Origin: Vairimorpha necatrix
Taxonomy: Eukaryota
DNA length: 64,000 nucleotides
Assembly: GCA_036630325.1 (NCBI GenBank)
Contig: CP142733.1
Location: 558,001 to 622,000 of the forward strand
Direction: 5' to 3'
Shown here: positions 22,406-35,995 of the stretch, in pieces
Position numbering within the stretch: position 1 is the stretch's first letter
Layout of the letters: every line of letters begins with the position of its first letter
Position numbers and translations under genes: made by a program
The notes under the pieces: generated by a model
Seen by the model: only the letters and a program-made list of their open reading frames with translations
What the model was told of the DNA's origin: nothing
Database searches by the model: none

Positions 22406-23017
22406 TTATTTTTGAAAAAATTTAATTTTTTTTTCAAGTCTATAGGAATCATTAAAATAGGTTAGAAAAGCTCTAGAAGTAAAATCGTCGGAAAAGGTAC
22501 TATAATAATTTAACCATATTAGTTTTCCAAGATTAAACTCACCCCATAACGCAAAATTTACGCTTTTTGAATATTTACAAAATTTCATATTCAAGTCTTC
22601 ATGTATTCCAGCAATATATAAAATTTGCCCATGTAATTCGTTAATAGTAAATGTTGCTTTTAATATAATGTTGCTTTTTTCAAAATAATTTACATAATCA
22701 CAACATACTCTATTGTAATATCGAAGATGATCTATAAAAATTATAGTATTTTTTCTTTCTTCTGAAGTTATTGCCTTGAAATGATATATATATGGATTTC
22801 TTTCTCTTTCAAATTTTAAATCACAATTTTTATGTAATCTTTTATCGGTTTCTGGCATATTTAGCTTGCTGATTAAGCAAAATCTTGTGTACATGTCTTC
22901 ATGTGAAACATTATCCAAAGCTAAGTAAACATGACATACATCTTTTTTAGCATCTTTAGAAATATATAATATGTCGGAACAAAATATACATAATAATTTG
23001 AAGCAAAATAAAATCAT
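22406..23017 (-). CDS. Hypothetical secreted protein, family A (203 aa)
   Basis: CCC-ATG at 23017 (the ORF-track start at 23026 is TTG). Reads MILFCFKLLCIFCSDILYI, with VYLA, IILKAT and LIWL motifs. Confidence 0.85.
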   Translation of the reverse strand: MILFCFKLLCIFCSDILYISKDAKKDVCHVYLALDNVSHEDMYTRFCLISKLNMPETDKRLHKNCDLKFERERNPYIYHFKAITSEERKNTIIFIDHLRYYNRVCCDYVNYFEKSNIILKATFTINELHGQILYIAGIHEDLNMKFCKYSKSVNFALWGEFNLGKLIWLNYYSTFSDDFTSRAFLTYFNDSYRLEKKIKFFQK

Positions 23018-24893
23018 GGGCACCAAACGTCAAATTTTTTATATATATATTTAGTAAAATGGTTTTTGTCAATAGAAATTTATACTGAATCAAATGATCA
23101 TTTGCTTTTATTTTGATTAAAATTCTCAAAAAATTTTGACAGTATATTTCATTAAGTTGTTATTGGGGAGTATCTTTAAATTTTTAGAAAGAATTAAATT
23201 AATCATTGACACGAAAAATTCAAAAATAAACTTCAAAACAATTATAATAAGGTTTTTATCTCAATCCAATATATATTCATGTAATTCTGTTAATAAAATA
23301 ATTTTATTGATTAGTTTATTATTATAAAAAATTAAATTTTTTTATTCTGTGGTAGTGTTTTGAAGATCAATAAAAGTAAATGCTCTTTTTTTCTGTATAG
23401 ATAGATAAAAAATACACTTCGAAATAGTTTGGTTGTGAAATAATATTTATAAAGATGAATTTTTTTATTGTTTATTCCATAAAAATGCTTATTTTATCAA
23501 GTATAAGGTATTTGAAAAAAAAATTCACAAAGTAAAATAATTTTATCTTGAAATCTTTAATTTCAACAATAATAAGATTTAAATAAAATTCTCTGTTTCT
23601 TTTACGATATACTTATAATTCATGTTCTTAATTCCTAACTTTATAAAAACGTTATAAAACGCTTATTGTGGTGTAAACATACAGGTTTATTGTATGCTAT
23701 CTTAATTTTATAACACAAACCAATACTTTAAATGATTACTACCTGCTTATCACATAATTATCTGAATACACTAACACAATGCAACTATTAAGATATATAC
23801 AATTTAAAAGCATAATTTAATAGATTATTCAAATATTTATTTTAAAAATCTTTAAATTAATACATACGTCATAACAAAATCCCCCCATTTGTAATTACAA
23901 ATTTCAGATTCTACATATTTAACATCATAATTTAAATTATTTTCATTATAATCAAAAACGTTGAAAAGATCATGTAAAAATATTACCCAAATAAAAAAAA
24001 AATTGTATAGTATATATTCGTCTATTCTATCCGTTAGAAATTTTCGGGCGAAAAAACTCAATAAAATTATTTGTATCTTCATCTTTCTTAAATGTTAGAC
24101 AATAATAAATTTTTTTTTATTTTATCTTTTATATCCAACGATAAAATTGAAATAAAGCATTGAGAGAAATTTTTTTTTAAAACTATATCAACATAAAAAA
24201 AACTTATTCTTTGTGTTTAGTTTATAAAAAATACTTTATTTTTCCTCTTTAAAATATTTGTTGTTATGCCTATCGTCACTTAAGCTTATGTTTACAATGA
24301 CAACAGCAAATCCATACGAAAAATTTAAATATTTTTTATCTGCTGTTTTCAAAAGCACTCGATTTTTTTATTCAATTTATATTCTTCAATTGACGCAATA
24401 TGAAAATAGCTTTGAACAAATTAATATAGAAATTTAATATATTAAGCGCTCAGAAAAACCTTTAAGAACTTTACTATAGAACTTAATACAGAATCAGAAA
24501 TTTCATTCGATGACATTCAAAGTTAATGTTGAATTGTATTGTAAAAGAAGATAAAAAGAAGCTATTAAATAAAAATTATTTTATTTAACATAAAATTCCA
24601 AACAATAGATCTAATAATAGTGTAAGTTTAATGATTGTTTCCAATGTAAAATTTTATATTTTATGTATTAGTCAAACTTAAATCAGATCGCAATAAAATA
24701 TTTTATCGGCCTGTCATTATTCAATTATTAAAAGTTCCAATAAGATGTCAAATTCCAATATCTACTTCGAAATTTAAAATTTTAATTTTGTACCAAAAAC
24801 TTATAATTTCTCTACGTAAAATACTTTATTTAGAAAGAAAAATATTTATTAGAAATAACTTTTTATTATATTATGAAAATTTTTTATACCCTT

Positions 24894-25418
24894 ATGATTT
24901 GCTTTATTTTTTCATTTTTATACATAAATTGTTCTGACACTTTATTAGTGGTTCCATTGAACAATGAATATGTGAATATATACATCGGCATAGTCAAATT
25001 TCGCCAAAATGATATATATATATTTACTGAATTAATTGAAAAAGATTGTGTAGGTGAAATTATAAATACTTATGATAAAAGATCAAAGGAAGGAAAAAGT
25101 ACTAAGCCGTATAATTTTAAACTTATCACTTTAGATGATAAGCTAAATCTTTTTAAGATAGTACAATGCGATAGTAAAAAAATGCAGAAAAAATTATTTG
25201 ATAATTTTATATATAGTGATGTTATACTAAAAACAACCATTCAACTAGACATTAAAAAGACATACTTCATTGAATATATGGAATCTAGAAAAGGTATAAT
25301 AAAAAAATTTGCAACCAGTGAGAAACTTATATTTGATGGATCAAAGACGATGTCTAACTTAAATTGGTTAAATATAAATCACTTTCCTTGGGGTAAAAAA
25401 TCTATCTTATCTAATTAA
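24894..25418 (+). CDS. Hypothetical secreted protein, family A (174 aa; alternative ATG at 24873)
   Basis: CCCTT-ATG, then MICFIFSFLYINCSDTLLV, with IYIG, VILKTT, YFIE and LNWL motifs. Confidence 0.85.
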   Translation: MICFIFSFLYINCSDTLLVVPLNNEYVNIYIGIVKFRQNDIYIFTELIEKDCVGEIINTYDKRSKEGKSTKPYNFKLITLDDKLNLFKIVQCDSKKMQKKLFDNFIYSDVILKTTIQLDIKKTYFIEYMESRKGIIKKFATSEKLIFDGSKTMSNLNWLNINHFPWGKKSILSN

Positions 25419-26099
25419 ATAATACATTTGAAAATTATTTATTTAGTTTTTTTAATATTATCATGAGCCCATGAGAAAAGTCATTTCGTTTTTTTTCCGA
25501 TATTCCCTCTAATTACTTTAGCAGTCTTCTCGAGGAATTTATTGCATATACTATAGTCATATATAGTTGGAAAAAATTTATAGAGCATCATGAAAGCATA
25601 AAATTAAATAAATTTTTTATTAACCTTCAATACTTTTCAATCACGATATTGCCAAATCAAAAATAATTTTAGATCAAAGTAATTATAGTTCGCACATTTA
25701 ATAGATTATATTAATGTTTATTAGTTTCAAATTCTATTAATTAGCACATCAAATAGTATTAATTTAATAAATGTTAATTATTAAAAAATATGTTATCATT
25801 TATTTTAAAGCTTTCATAAAATTTTAATCTTATACAACTATGTAACCATTGCAATTTAAGTTTATATAAAACAATTTTACAACTCAAAAAGTATCAGCTA
25901 TTTTTGTGCTACCCCCAATGAAATATATACCTGGCGAAATTTATGTGTTTCTATGGTATGTTTATCTAAATCTTCGGTATCTTCAAATTCTTGTTATGAT
26001 AACACGAATTAATAAAATCTTGATAAGCAAATTATAATCATAACTCGAAATTTTAAATTTGAAATATAATTTTTTTTAAAACTAAGTTTGTTTTGTTTT

Positions 26100-26300
26100 C
26101 TTCAGTTTACATCCACTGCCATGCACGTTATCTGTCCACACACCTTCTAGCTGCCCCTTCTATGTTCTGGTTCCATATCTCTCTACATGTGTCCCTGTCT
26201 CTGTTTAAAGGAGATCCTCTCTTGTAAATTGTTATAATTCTCATTTGGATGTAAGCTTTGATATTAATCGATGGTCCATGACATTAACAAGTTGCTGCGC
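26100..26300 (-). mobile_element. Very short 3' remnant of an RLE-type non-LTR retrotransposon
   Basis: Minus strand reads IKAYIQMRII (AYIQ at 26245-26256), then ISFKQRQG and a purine-rich tail, like the remnants near 2080 and 31710. Confidence 0.5.
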
Positions 26301-27837
26301 ATATGTTTATACCTTGAAATACATCGCAGTTCCTAATTGTGATTATATTGTATAAAATTTAATTTTATTGTATATCAGATATTAAAAAAGCATCCAATAA
26401 TAATACATAGATTAAATTGGAAAGTAAAATCTCTAACACAACAAATAAGTCGATAAAATTTTGGTGTTGAAGTATTAATGAAGAATCAATATTATCTTTT
26501 TCTTTGAATTAATTTTAAGAAGAATAGTTTTAAACTATTATAATTATTATTATCTAAAAATAAATAACAAAATACAACTTATATAAATAATAACATATTT
26601 AATGTAACAATCATTTCACATGTTTAGTGGCCTTGGAAATGTGCAAATGATCAAGCCCGATTCGTAAATTTTTGGTAGAGAAAACAAAATTCGTATAATA
26701 CAGTAAAGAATCTGAAGACAAAAGATAGATAAAATATGTTGGTTTTGTTTCAAATCACGTAATTTTTAAGATAAAACTCTCAACAACTCAATCTGCAAAA
26801 AACAAATGTTTTTGAATTTAATAAAACATTCTGCGCATAATATAAACTTAAAAGTATTTGTTTCAATTATAATTTGTCGATATTAGAATATTTATTTGGT
26901 TTTTCGTCTTTTTCTTCAACATTGCTTGAAGGTAAAATATAAAAGTTTTATATTTAAACATTGAGAAATGTCAAACGTGTAAAATATTTAGCAGCTCTTG
27001 AGTCCTAATGATATAATTTATAAAAAACTTTTTTTCATGTTTTTGTATGATCAATAATTAGGTTTTTATAAACAACAAACAAACATTTCTTAATAAGGGT
27101 TAGCATTTTTGAAAGCAGTATAAATAAGAAATATAAGCTTCTCACAAAATAGTTAAATTTATGGAAGAGAAATTTTCATAAATCAGAGTGAATAGATACT
27201 TGAGTAGTTATGATTTGTTATGTATGTTACGTAATAGTGAAGTTTTAACATTGTAAATTATTTTGTTTATTGCTTTATTAATATTCCAATCTATGGGTTT
27301 ATTGTTTGTAAAAAACATATGAAAATTCAAGAAATATACATTCCCCAATATCATTCAGTAGACACCATATACGGTTACTAATATAGATTATATTTCTTCG
27401 AGAACTAGACAAAGCTCCTGTGCCTCTTTGTTACAATGTTTCATCCTTCACTCAGATATTGCTTTGATAACTCCTGTATTATATAAACTAAAATTCAATT
27501 AATTTGTGCATAGGAGTGAGGGAAATAATACTAATAATTTACTGATTAAAAAAATACAATTGAAAACAAGTTCTAATTAATTACCCCCAAGTTACACTTT
27601 GTTAAAAGATTTATACACAATAAAAAGATTGTGTATCAAATAATCAATAATTGACAATTTTATGATTTGATATACAGTTTATCAGGATCAATGTGATCCC
27701 CAAATCAAAAAATGAAAAAAATTTAATATTTAAGTATAGTTAAAAAAGTTATTCGAAAGAAATCTTTTGGAATTTGTTTGTATTCAAAACATTATTCAAA
27801 CAAAACATTCTATGTATCAGGAATAAAAAATTTAAAA

Positions 27838-27853
27838 TTGATAAATCACTAAT
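27838..27853 (+). promoter_or_regulatory. Conserved upstream motif TTGATAAATCACTAAT of family B
   Basis: Identical 16-mer at 35980-35995. Both copies end at position -98 relative to the paralogue ATG. Confidence 0.7.
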
Positions 27854-27950
27854 TTAATATTTAATTAATAATTTTTTAAAAATAGTATTTCTTACAATTA
27901 TAAAACGTTTCAGGATAATATATAAAAATAAAAAAATCACAGCAAACACA

Positions 27951-28439
27951 ATGTCAGCAATTTTCAAATTAGCTCTTTCACTCTTAGCATGGACGTTCGC
28001 TTATGCCTCTTCAGAAAAGGATATGAGTACAACTTTCCAGTATCAATTACAGGAAAATATTATCCAGAAAATATGTATAGTTAGGAAGGAAGATCTAGTA
28101 TTCATTGCTTTTTTTAATAATCCGAGAGATAAGACTGAAACAAAGAAACGAATCAATTCATCCGAAAGTGAATATATCAATATAGTAAGATCTAAAAAAT
28201 TCATCATTCAGAATTATATTAAATTGAGACATCTAATTTCTTGTGCATTGAAAAGCATTTCCTCTCGTATTTTCTCTGTTCTATTCAAGGTAAGATCAAT
28301 TAGTGCAACCATATCCTCTAATATCCTATTTATTTCTAAAAAGCTGATTAAAATACCTTCATACACATTTTGCCATCTTTATAATGAAAGTAAAGCGAGA
28401 TTGAGTAATCTAAAGATGTTTCTAAGGAATAAACAATAA
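27951..28439 (+). CDS. Hypothetical secreted basic protein, family B (162 aa)
   Basis: Clear signal peptide (..LLAWTFAYA). Colinear similarity to the 36093 protein. Confidence 0.85.
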   Translation: MSAIFKLALSLLAWTFAYASSEKDMSTTFQYQLQENIIQKICIVRKEDLVFIAFFNNPRDKTETKKRINSSESEYINIVRSKKFIIQNYIKLRHLISCALKSISSRIFSVLFKVRSISATISSNILFISKKLIKIPSYTFCHLYNESKARLSNLKMFLRNKQ

Positions 28440-30141
28440 AACTAAGTAATTAAATTTGTTGTCTTATGTTCTTATAAACTTTAATAATTGAGTTATACTA
28501 TAACATACATTTCATTATGGTTGAAAATTATATCAATTTAGTCTATGGAATTATTGCATTTTGTTTTTATCCTATACAAGTTTTCGACATTGAACTATTT
28601 ACTGTTTATTGTATTTTAAATGAGCATATAGTTGATTTGAAGATTACCACTTTAGAACGTAAATCAAATGAATTTGCATATGTAAAATGTAATTATTCAA
28701 TAATATTATGTATGTTCATAGATATTTTAGGAAATTTAAATGCAAATGACAAAGTTATAACAAAAAAAAAATATCATCTGGAAAAAAGTCTTAAAATTAT
28801 TACTAAATTAGGCAAAAATGTTTTTTGGTAAAGTTATATTAAATTAATAGGAACGTCAACATAAAAAAATAAAAATGATTTTTTTTTTAAGATTTGAATA
28901 TTTTTGCAAAGGACAGAGTAACCAAAGTACTGATATTACTTTTGAGGCAAAAAAAATATTCTACAAATCAGATCCTTCGTTTTTAGTAATGTTAAGGAGG
29001 AGTAAACGTACAGCATGTTCCGCCTATATACATGAAGGCCTGTCAATATAGAAGGACATGAAAGACCAAATAAACCTTTAACTTAATAAAATTATTCTCG
29101 GAATGCCAGAAAACTAGTAGTTATATGATTTTATTGCGTAAAGGTTTTTTGTAAAGAATAAGTTTTGATAGTCTGAGAGCCACTATCAAAAAATAATAAG
29201 CTGGAGAACACGGTACAACTTCACAGTTTCATAAAAATCAATAATATGCTTAGTGAGAAATTCTCAAAATAATATTTAAATATATTCCAAACTGATTTTC
29301 AATAAAACATATAGTGATGGTATAACGTGTATTTTCATTCTTGCCAAACACGTGATTAATATCCTTTTTTAAAAACTTTTTTTTAATTAATTAAGACGTT
29401 ATAATATTTAAATGTAGCGAATTATAAAGAAAAGTTCATAATTTAAACTGTATAAATCATCTATTATTGTGTCATATAGTACTAAAATTAGGTTTTAATC
29501 TTTTAAACTTGTGTTAAGTATAACTTGTAGTTAAAAGAAGCTAACATTTATATATAAAGAGAAGGGGACATAGGTGCTAAACTTAAAATATTTATTTTGA
29601 AAAATTAAAAAATTTTGTCGAGCCTGATTTGTTAATAACAACAGAACATTTTTACTTTGAAGACAAAATAATATGGTTTTAAAAAGAGATACCGTCATAT
29701 TATGGCAAAAAAATATTTTAAATAATCAATAAGTATTTTATGAGTTCGCCCATGACTCTTTATGAATGTATCCCATGATAGACATATGGAATAATTTAAA
29801 ACCTATCTTAAATCAAATATACAAGTAGTAAAACATGTAAAAGGATTTCAAATCATACACAATTTATAGTATTTAACGTCATGGTTCTTGTCTATTTAAT
29901 CAAAACAACAAAGGAAGTTTTAATATTTTTGAAAACACGAATTTGATACTATTAATAACCTTTTTTATTTATACGATGAATTGTTCGATCTTCAGGATTA
30001 ACGAGTTCGATGATATTCAATATTTTTAATATTGTATTTCTAATTTTAATTTCTAGAAAAATTTGAAGTTTATATTTTTAGAATTACAGTTACAATAAAT
30101 ATAATTAACATTTTTAAATTCAGTTTTATAATATCATTTAG

Positions 30142-30165
30142 ATATATATATATATATATATATAT
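30142..30165. repeat. (AT)12 microsatellite
   Basis: Seen directly in the sequence. Confidence 0.9.
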
Positions 30166-31369
30166 TTATATTGAATTTTTTTGTAAGGAATAACGGGTTA
30201 ACGATATTATGTAGCAAACTCTTATCATAGTTATATTATAGTATTTTTCGATAAGAAACATCTCATTTCGTATTTTCAATAATTTCTATATATGTAATTT
30301 ATCCAACATTATACATAATAATACTACAACTATAAATAATAAATGTTATTGTTTTTTACAGTTTTAAAAACGATCTCTTTTAATTTTGTTTTTTTTATAT
30401 TCAGTATAGTGATAATATTAGAAAATTCGTTTGTAATATAGTCAGCTTTTTATAACAAGTTTAATTTTTATTGAAATGCATTTAAAGATCTTATAGATAG
30501 TCAGATAAACATAAATTTATAATTGAGTTTTGTATAAAAAATTTGTATAAAAATTCTCGAAAATATTTTTTTTTATTTTAACCAAAAAACAATGAAATTG
30601 TGTTTTGGGTTGAATAACCCAATATTTAAAAATTACAATAATTTTATGTTTGTTAATAGTACGAAATTTGATATTATTACATAAATCTGAACATTTTTAT
30701 GGTAATAATTATATTCTTCAGATGTTTTTTTGTACGATTTTCACATTACACTTACTATATACAAAAATAACAATTTTTGAAATTTTCACAAAAAAAAGAA
30801 GAAAACGAATATAGATTTGTATAGAAATTTTTTTTATATGTTTAAATTAACGCGACAACATTAAAATGTAGAAAATATAACTTATTTTAGAAGCTTTTTT
30901 ATCAAATGGTGTATAGAAAGATATAAAAATATATAAATCATTTGAATTTTTCCAACATTAAAATCAAAATTTATCGGTATTATAGATTTCTGTATATTTT
31001 AACAATATCCAAACATTTTTAGTTGAATAATTCTATTTTGTTAACGTATTAATACTTTGTCGCTTTTATTGATTACATGACCTTTTCGGCGATCAAGAAT
31101 TAAATCATATGTTTATGCTTTTTAAAACAATAATATGTCTCATTCAAGTCAATTTATATAATTATAAAATGGTCACTTATATAATGATTATTTCATTTAT
31201 ATAATTATAATTTTTTACATATTTTTATTTATGGCATATAATTATGTTATATCACTAGGAATTCGGTGGATAATTTGGAGACAAAGTGCAATCAGATGAC
31301 GATTTTTCATTTTTATGAAAAAACACAACAAGTAGTAATGCATTCATCTATTAATTTGTATTTTATATG

Positions 31370-31800
31370 AGGTTAATTATCAGTACAATAGATCGTGCTA
31401 GATGATCATGCGGAAAAAAAGAAAATTTGAGAAACTCACTAATATAAGGGGTCACATTGACCCTGACATTCTTGTGTTTGACAAGAAGAAGAAATGAATT
31501 TATATCATTCGAGTTGGTATAACAACCAGGATCAAATACAAATCTAAAACGATTAAAAATAAGATGCAACATGTTTTTGCAAATGCTACGGAACTAATAC
31601 ATCTTTTCTCCACATTTATGTTTCTTATGAAAGTACATGGAATAAAGTAGTAACAAAAAAATACAGATAGTACATCAGAGAGCTATAAAATTTTTAACCT
31701 TACTTTAAGCATACATTCAGTCCATTGTGTTAATATAAAGTCTAGATTTCATCTCTTTAAAACGATGACAAGGATGCGTTAAGGGGTTGCGGTGAGGAAG
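31370..31800 (+). mobile_element. Heavily decayed RLE-type non-LTR retrotransposon remnant
   Basis: SVQ*IVLDDHAE (31380), PDILVFDKKKK*IYIIRVGIT (31462), FAN and AYIQSIVL (31709), in the same order as in the 1240-2260 remnant. Confidence 0.75.
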
Positions 31801-32514
31801 GGGGTGCTAGAGCTTTAATATCACTAGTCAATATGGTGGCTGCTAAAAAGTGATATCGCCTAAGGAGATTAAATCTGAAAATTTGGAGTTAAAACACAAG
31901 AACGATTATTCAGAAAGGATAATCTTTCAAAGCTGAATCCCATGAGCGATATAGAGACAAGCTATGCTAGAATATCTAAACTAAACGGAAAAACAACTTA
32001 ATGGACTTTTTTTTTAAATATATAAAATCTAACAACTGCTCCAAATGCTTCTTATTAAATATATATAGTTTAAAATTCTTTACGTACTCCCATAAGTTTC
32101 TAAGATGTATAAATAAAAATTACGCAAACCGTTTTTTAAGACTCTCACTATATCAACAATAAAAAAATAAAATTCGTTTTTAGAATGTAATTATTATCAC
32201 AAAATCCTCATATGTATACGGGGTTTTGTGTAAATAAGATATTTTACATATCATAAAATCTTTAGTCCTTATATTTAATATTATTAAAGTAAATATTCTT
32301 CAGATAATATTCTTACGTAATTTATCATACACTGATATTATTTTTATTACTTTGAAGAAAGTTCATATTTTTAATGTTTATGTTATGTTTCTTATAAATT
32401 TTTGTGCAAATTTTCAAATTAATTATTAACTATAAAAGTATTGTCGCATAATTTACCTGCATTTTAAATTCAACAAAATCACTTTAGAATGTTCATAGAT
32501 ATAATTTTAATGTT

Positions 32515-32930
32515 TATATTCTAGATGTAGATAAAATAAAGTTATTCGAATGGTTTGTGCTTGCAATACTTGTATTTTATAAAGATAAAAATACAAATAC
32601 TATAAAACATACTAAAATTACAGTTGCAATAAAGCCTCAATTTTTAAAAATACTTGTAATATTCGTAACCTCAGTGTCAATTGTATCGGAATCATTTTTT
32701 GTCTCGGAAGTTACTATCGCGGCATGTTTTCAGATTGGTTTTTTAAATTTTTGTATTTTGTTAATTACATTTGTATTTTTTTCTGTGTTTTGTCTTTGTT
32801 CTTTATTTAAATCAGTTGTAACAAAGTCTACAATACAATTTATACATTCTGCTTATAATAAACTATCACGATTCTTTTTTATGAAATCATATTCATAACT
32901 CACTCCGTCTTTCCATAACAAACATTAAGA
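32515..32930 (-). pseudogene. Probable decayed 3' part of a single-pass membrane protein gene
   Basis: One minus frame reads a T/N/E/K-rich stalk then GFIATVILVCFIVFVFLSL, interrupted by about 4 stops. Confidence 0.4.
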
Positions 32931-35900
32931 TTAGTTATTAGGCGTTTTCATTGCTTATAAACAGTGTATAGGAAGTTTGTTTTTTTGCACCATTTGGTAT
33001 AAAACATATATGTTGTCTAATAATTTCTTTTATAGTCTTTTTTCAGATACGGAATTGTTTAACATCTTTAATCATAACCGTAGTATGTCATAACTCTTCT
33101 ATTCTACATTAATTTTCTTTTATACATAATAATTTATTATCTAAATATATGATATCTTTCTCAGTATTCGGTTTGTTGATTTTCAAAAATAAAAAAAATT
33201 AATTATTTTATCGACATATTTTTATTATTAAAACTATGTTCTGAAAAATTTTTTAGCATTTTCAAAATATTCCATGGTTCGTAATTGTGTTCCAAAAAAA
33301 TAAAAAGTCTTATCTGACATTGGATTTTTTAAAGAGGCCGAGAAAGTGGTCGACAAACATCTAAACTGTTGACAATTTTTTAATGTAATTTACAAGATCT
33401 TAACTGGTTTTTATATTTTAAGATGAAATTTAAGAGCGTCAAGATTGGATATAAAAAAAGGCAGATAGAACATTAATTTATCCATTAAAAGAGTTAACGT
33501 AAAAAGTTTATTTTTTTTATTTTGTTTACTTTTCATATATTATGTCTTTGTATTTTCAAACAAGATGTTATTTATATAAGAATTGATAATAGTCATTGTC
33601 TTTGGTTTTTTAAGATTCATAAAGCTTTTGCTGTTCTTTATTAAATGAATTCGTTATAGAAAGCTTATAATCGATTGATATGGTTTACACAAAAATATTT
33701 TTTTCAAACATATACTCTTGAGGCCATTTAACATACCAAAGACCATCCATTAATATTTTAAAGAATACAAGAATGTATATTATCTTAAATCATAAAAATG
33801 AATATTTAAAAATAAATATAAACATAAAAAAAATCTTTAAGATTTTATCCGTTTCATAACAATATATAATAAACACTTAAACAACAATTTTCTCCTTTAA
33901 TATAAGCTCTTTAAGAAGCATAATATCCAAAAATGCAAGTGTTTTTGTATTTGAAGTTTCAAGTAGGTTCTTTGTGTATTTTTTTTTTTTTGTAAAATCT
34001 GTGTTTAAAATATAACAGTTTAAAATATAAAAAAATCATAGCACAATAAAAACCCTTAAGTTAATATATTTTTACAATTATGCCAATTTTTTAATATTTA
34101 TCTGGGGTTGTAGTATCAATTTATTTTTTTGGTAGTAATAAATTCTTTACATGAAATTTGCGTGATGATATTATAAATGGTGTAATATCTATAATAGAGC
34201 AATATCAAAAAGATTATTTAATGATCTTAAAATTTGTAAAGATATGAATGGTATAATATTATTAATTTCATTAGTAGTATATCAACACAGTATAAAGTTT
34301 TTGAAAGATTGAAATTTGTTTTTTTTAGATTATGAGGTAGAGAATTCTTTACATTAAATTAAATAAAAAGGACTAATCCTTCCTGGTATAAATTTGGTGT
34401 TTTTGTTACTATTAAGAATCAATTTACTATTTTCGAAGAAAAAAATCTCACAAGGATTATTGTGACATTGATGCAAACTATTAATTACGGTTAGCATCTT
34501 GTTATTCGAATATGTATTTTTTAGAGCCTTGTTTTTGCTAGAGGCAATACATTGTTGACTATATTATAAAACAACATGCATCTAATAGGAATAGCATTAC
34601 GTTAAAACAATACAGCCCCATTTCATTGACAGCTTAATGCTTGTCCTCAAAAGCCGCCCATGCAATAAATAAACGTATAGCATTTCAATTGTTCTATCTC
34701 TATTCTTTTTTATTTAGACTGCTTAAAAGACATCGAACTCTGAGGAGTGTTTAGGGGCTTTTTTATGAATATTACTTTACATACATATAAATAACAAAAA
34801 ATCTACATTATTGCTTGTCGTAAGGTGGCATTCAGACAAGGTTAAAATAACGTAGCTTTAAGACAACAAATAAATATGGCACTTCTAAAGCGAAACATGC
34901 ACAAGGTTCCATTTTATGCTATTTATCCTTGTATGAAAAATATAGACCAAAATAGTTTGTTTGTAGAAAACAAAGTTCTTGGTGTATGAACACAATGAAT
35001 TGAAATACACATAACAGAAAAATTCACACATGCAAACAATTCTGTTAAACCTTAGGAAAATATCAATATATCAAAATAGATCTTGTTAATATATAGTTTT
35101 ATAGTGATTTTATTAATCATGCATTTTTTGTTAATTCTAATTTTAAATTATACATAAAATATTTTTTTTATCTTATGAAGCTTAATATAAAATATATTTT
35201 TCATATTATGGTATATATGCCTAAATACACAAGAGTTTAATGATATAGTAATCAAATTTGTCATTATTTTTTATTTTAGTACAATAATAAGTAAATTATA
35301 TAAATTAAATGTTAACAGAAATTTATTTTCGTTAGAATATTTATAATTTTAAATGCAAAGCTCTGTTATTTCAAATATTTATATATATATATATATTATA
35401 AACTTAATAGTGTTTTCTAAATAGAATCATTTTAGGATATTACCAAAGTCTTAAATGGCTTCTGATGCATATATATTGGAAAAAAGTTTGTAATATCAAG
35501 CATTAAGCTTGCAATTTGTTCAAACAATTTGTTTTATTTTGTTTGTCTGTAAAATTCTATTATTAATTCAATGCAGAAAGATGAACTGCGAAACAATAAA
35601 AATTTATTCAGTTACATTGATAATTATGAAAGGTTGATATGTGATTGATTGTATACATGATCCTGAAATGTAATGTTAGAATCAATTTCATTGAAAATGA
35701 GTATTTTTTTTTGTTTGTTGATTCACCAACACATTGTCCAAAATACATTCTACATATTAAAATAAAGATTAAAACTTATTCGACTGATATGGACTTTGAT
35801 ATCAAGCATATCAAATCATTTTGACGGCTTAAAATTTTAAAAAAAATGTAAAAATTTTTTTTTTAAAAGTACATAAATTATATTGTTAACCACAATTTAC

Positions 35901-35979
35901 CAGTTTATTTTTTTGTGTTTACACCTAAACACACCTGAAACACTTGAATCATAATTATTAGAAAAATGAAAAATTAAAT

Positions 35980-35995
35980 TTGATAAATCACTAAT
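35980..35995 (+). promoter_or_regulatory. Conserved upstream motif TTGATAAATCACTAAT of family B
   Basis: Same 16-mer and same spacing to the ATG as 27838-27853. Confidence 0.7.

Larger units (their letters stand above)
1..26993 (+). repeat. Copy 1 of large direct (tandem/segmental) duplication
   Basis: Position 1 (ttataggaataacac) recurs at 37528. ORFs recur at offset +37527 up to ~4895 and +37007 after 5415. The window end (atatttagca) matches 26984-26993. Confidence 0.98.

Noticed and set aside
23852-24082. 76-aa hydrophobic ORF as another family A member
   Set aside because: No family motifs or CCC start recognised. It could be a fragment but is unsupported.
28517-28831. 104-aa ORF downstream of the family B gene
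   Set aside because: No recognisable motif, paralogue or start signal.
34440-34960. Slightly GC-richer patch as a DNA-transposase relic (MGG motif on minus strand)
   Set aside because: Only a 3-residue resemblance, with no supporting motifs or terminal repeats found.
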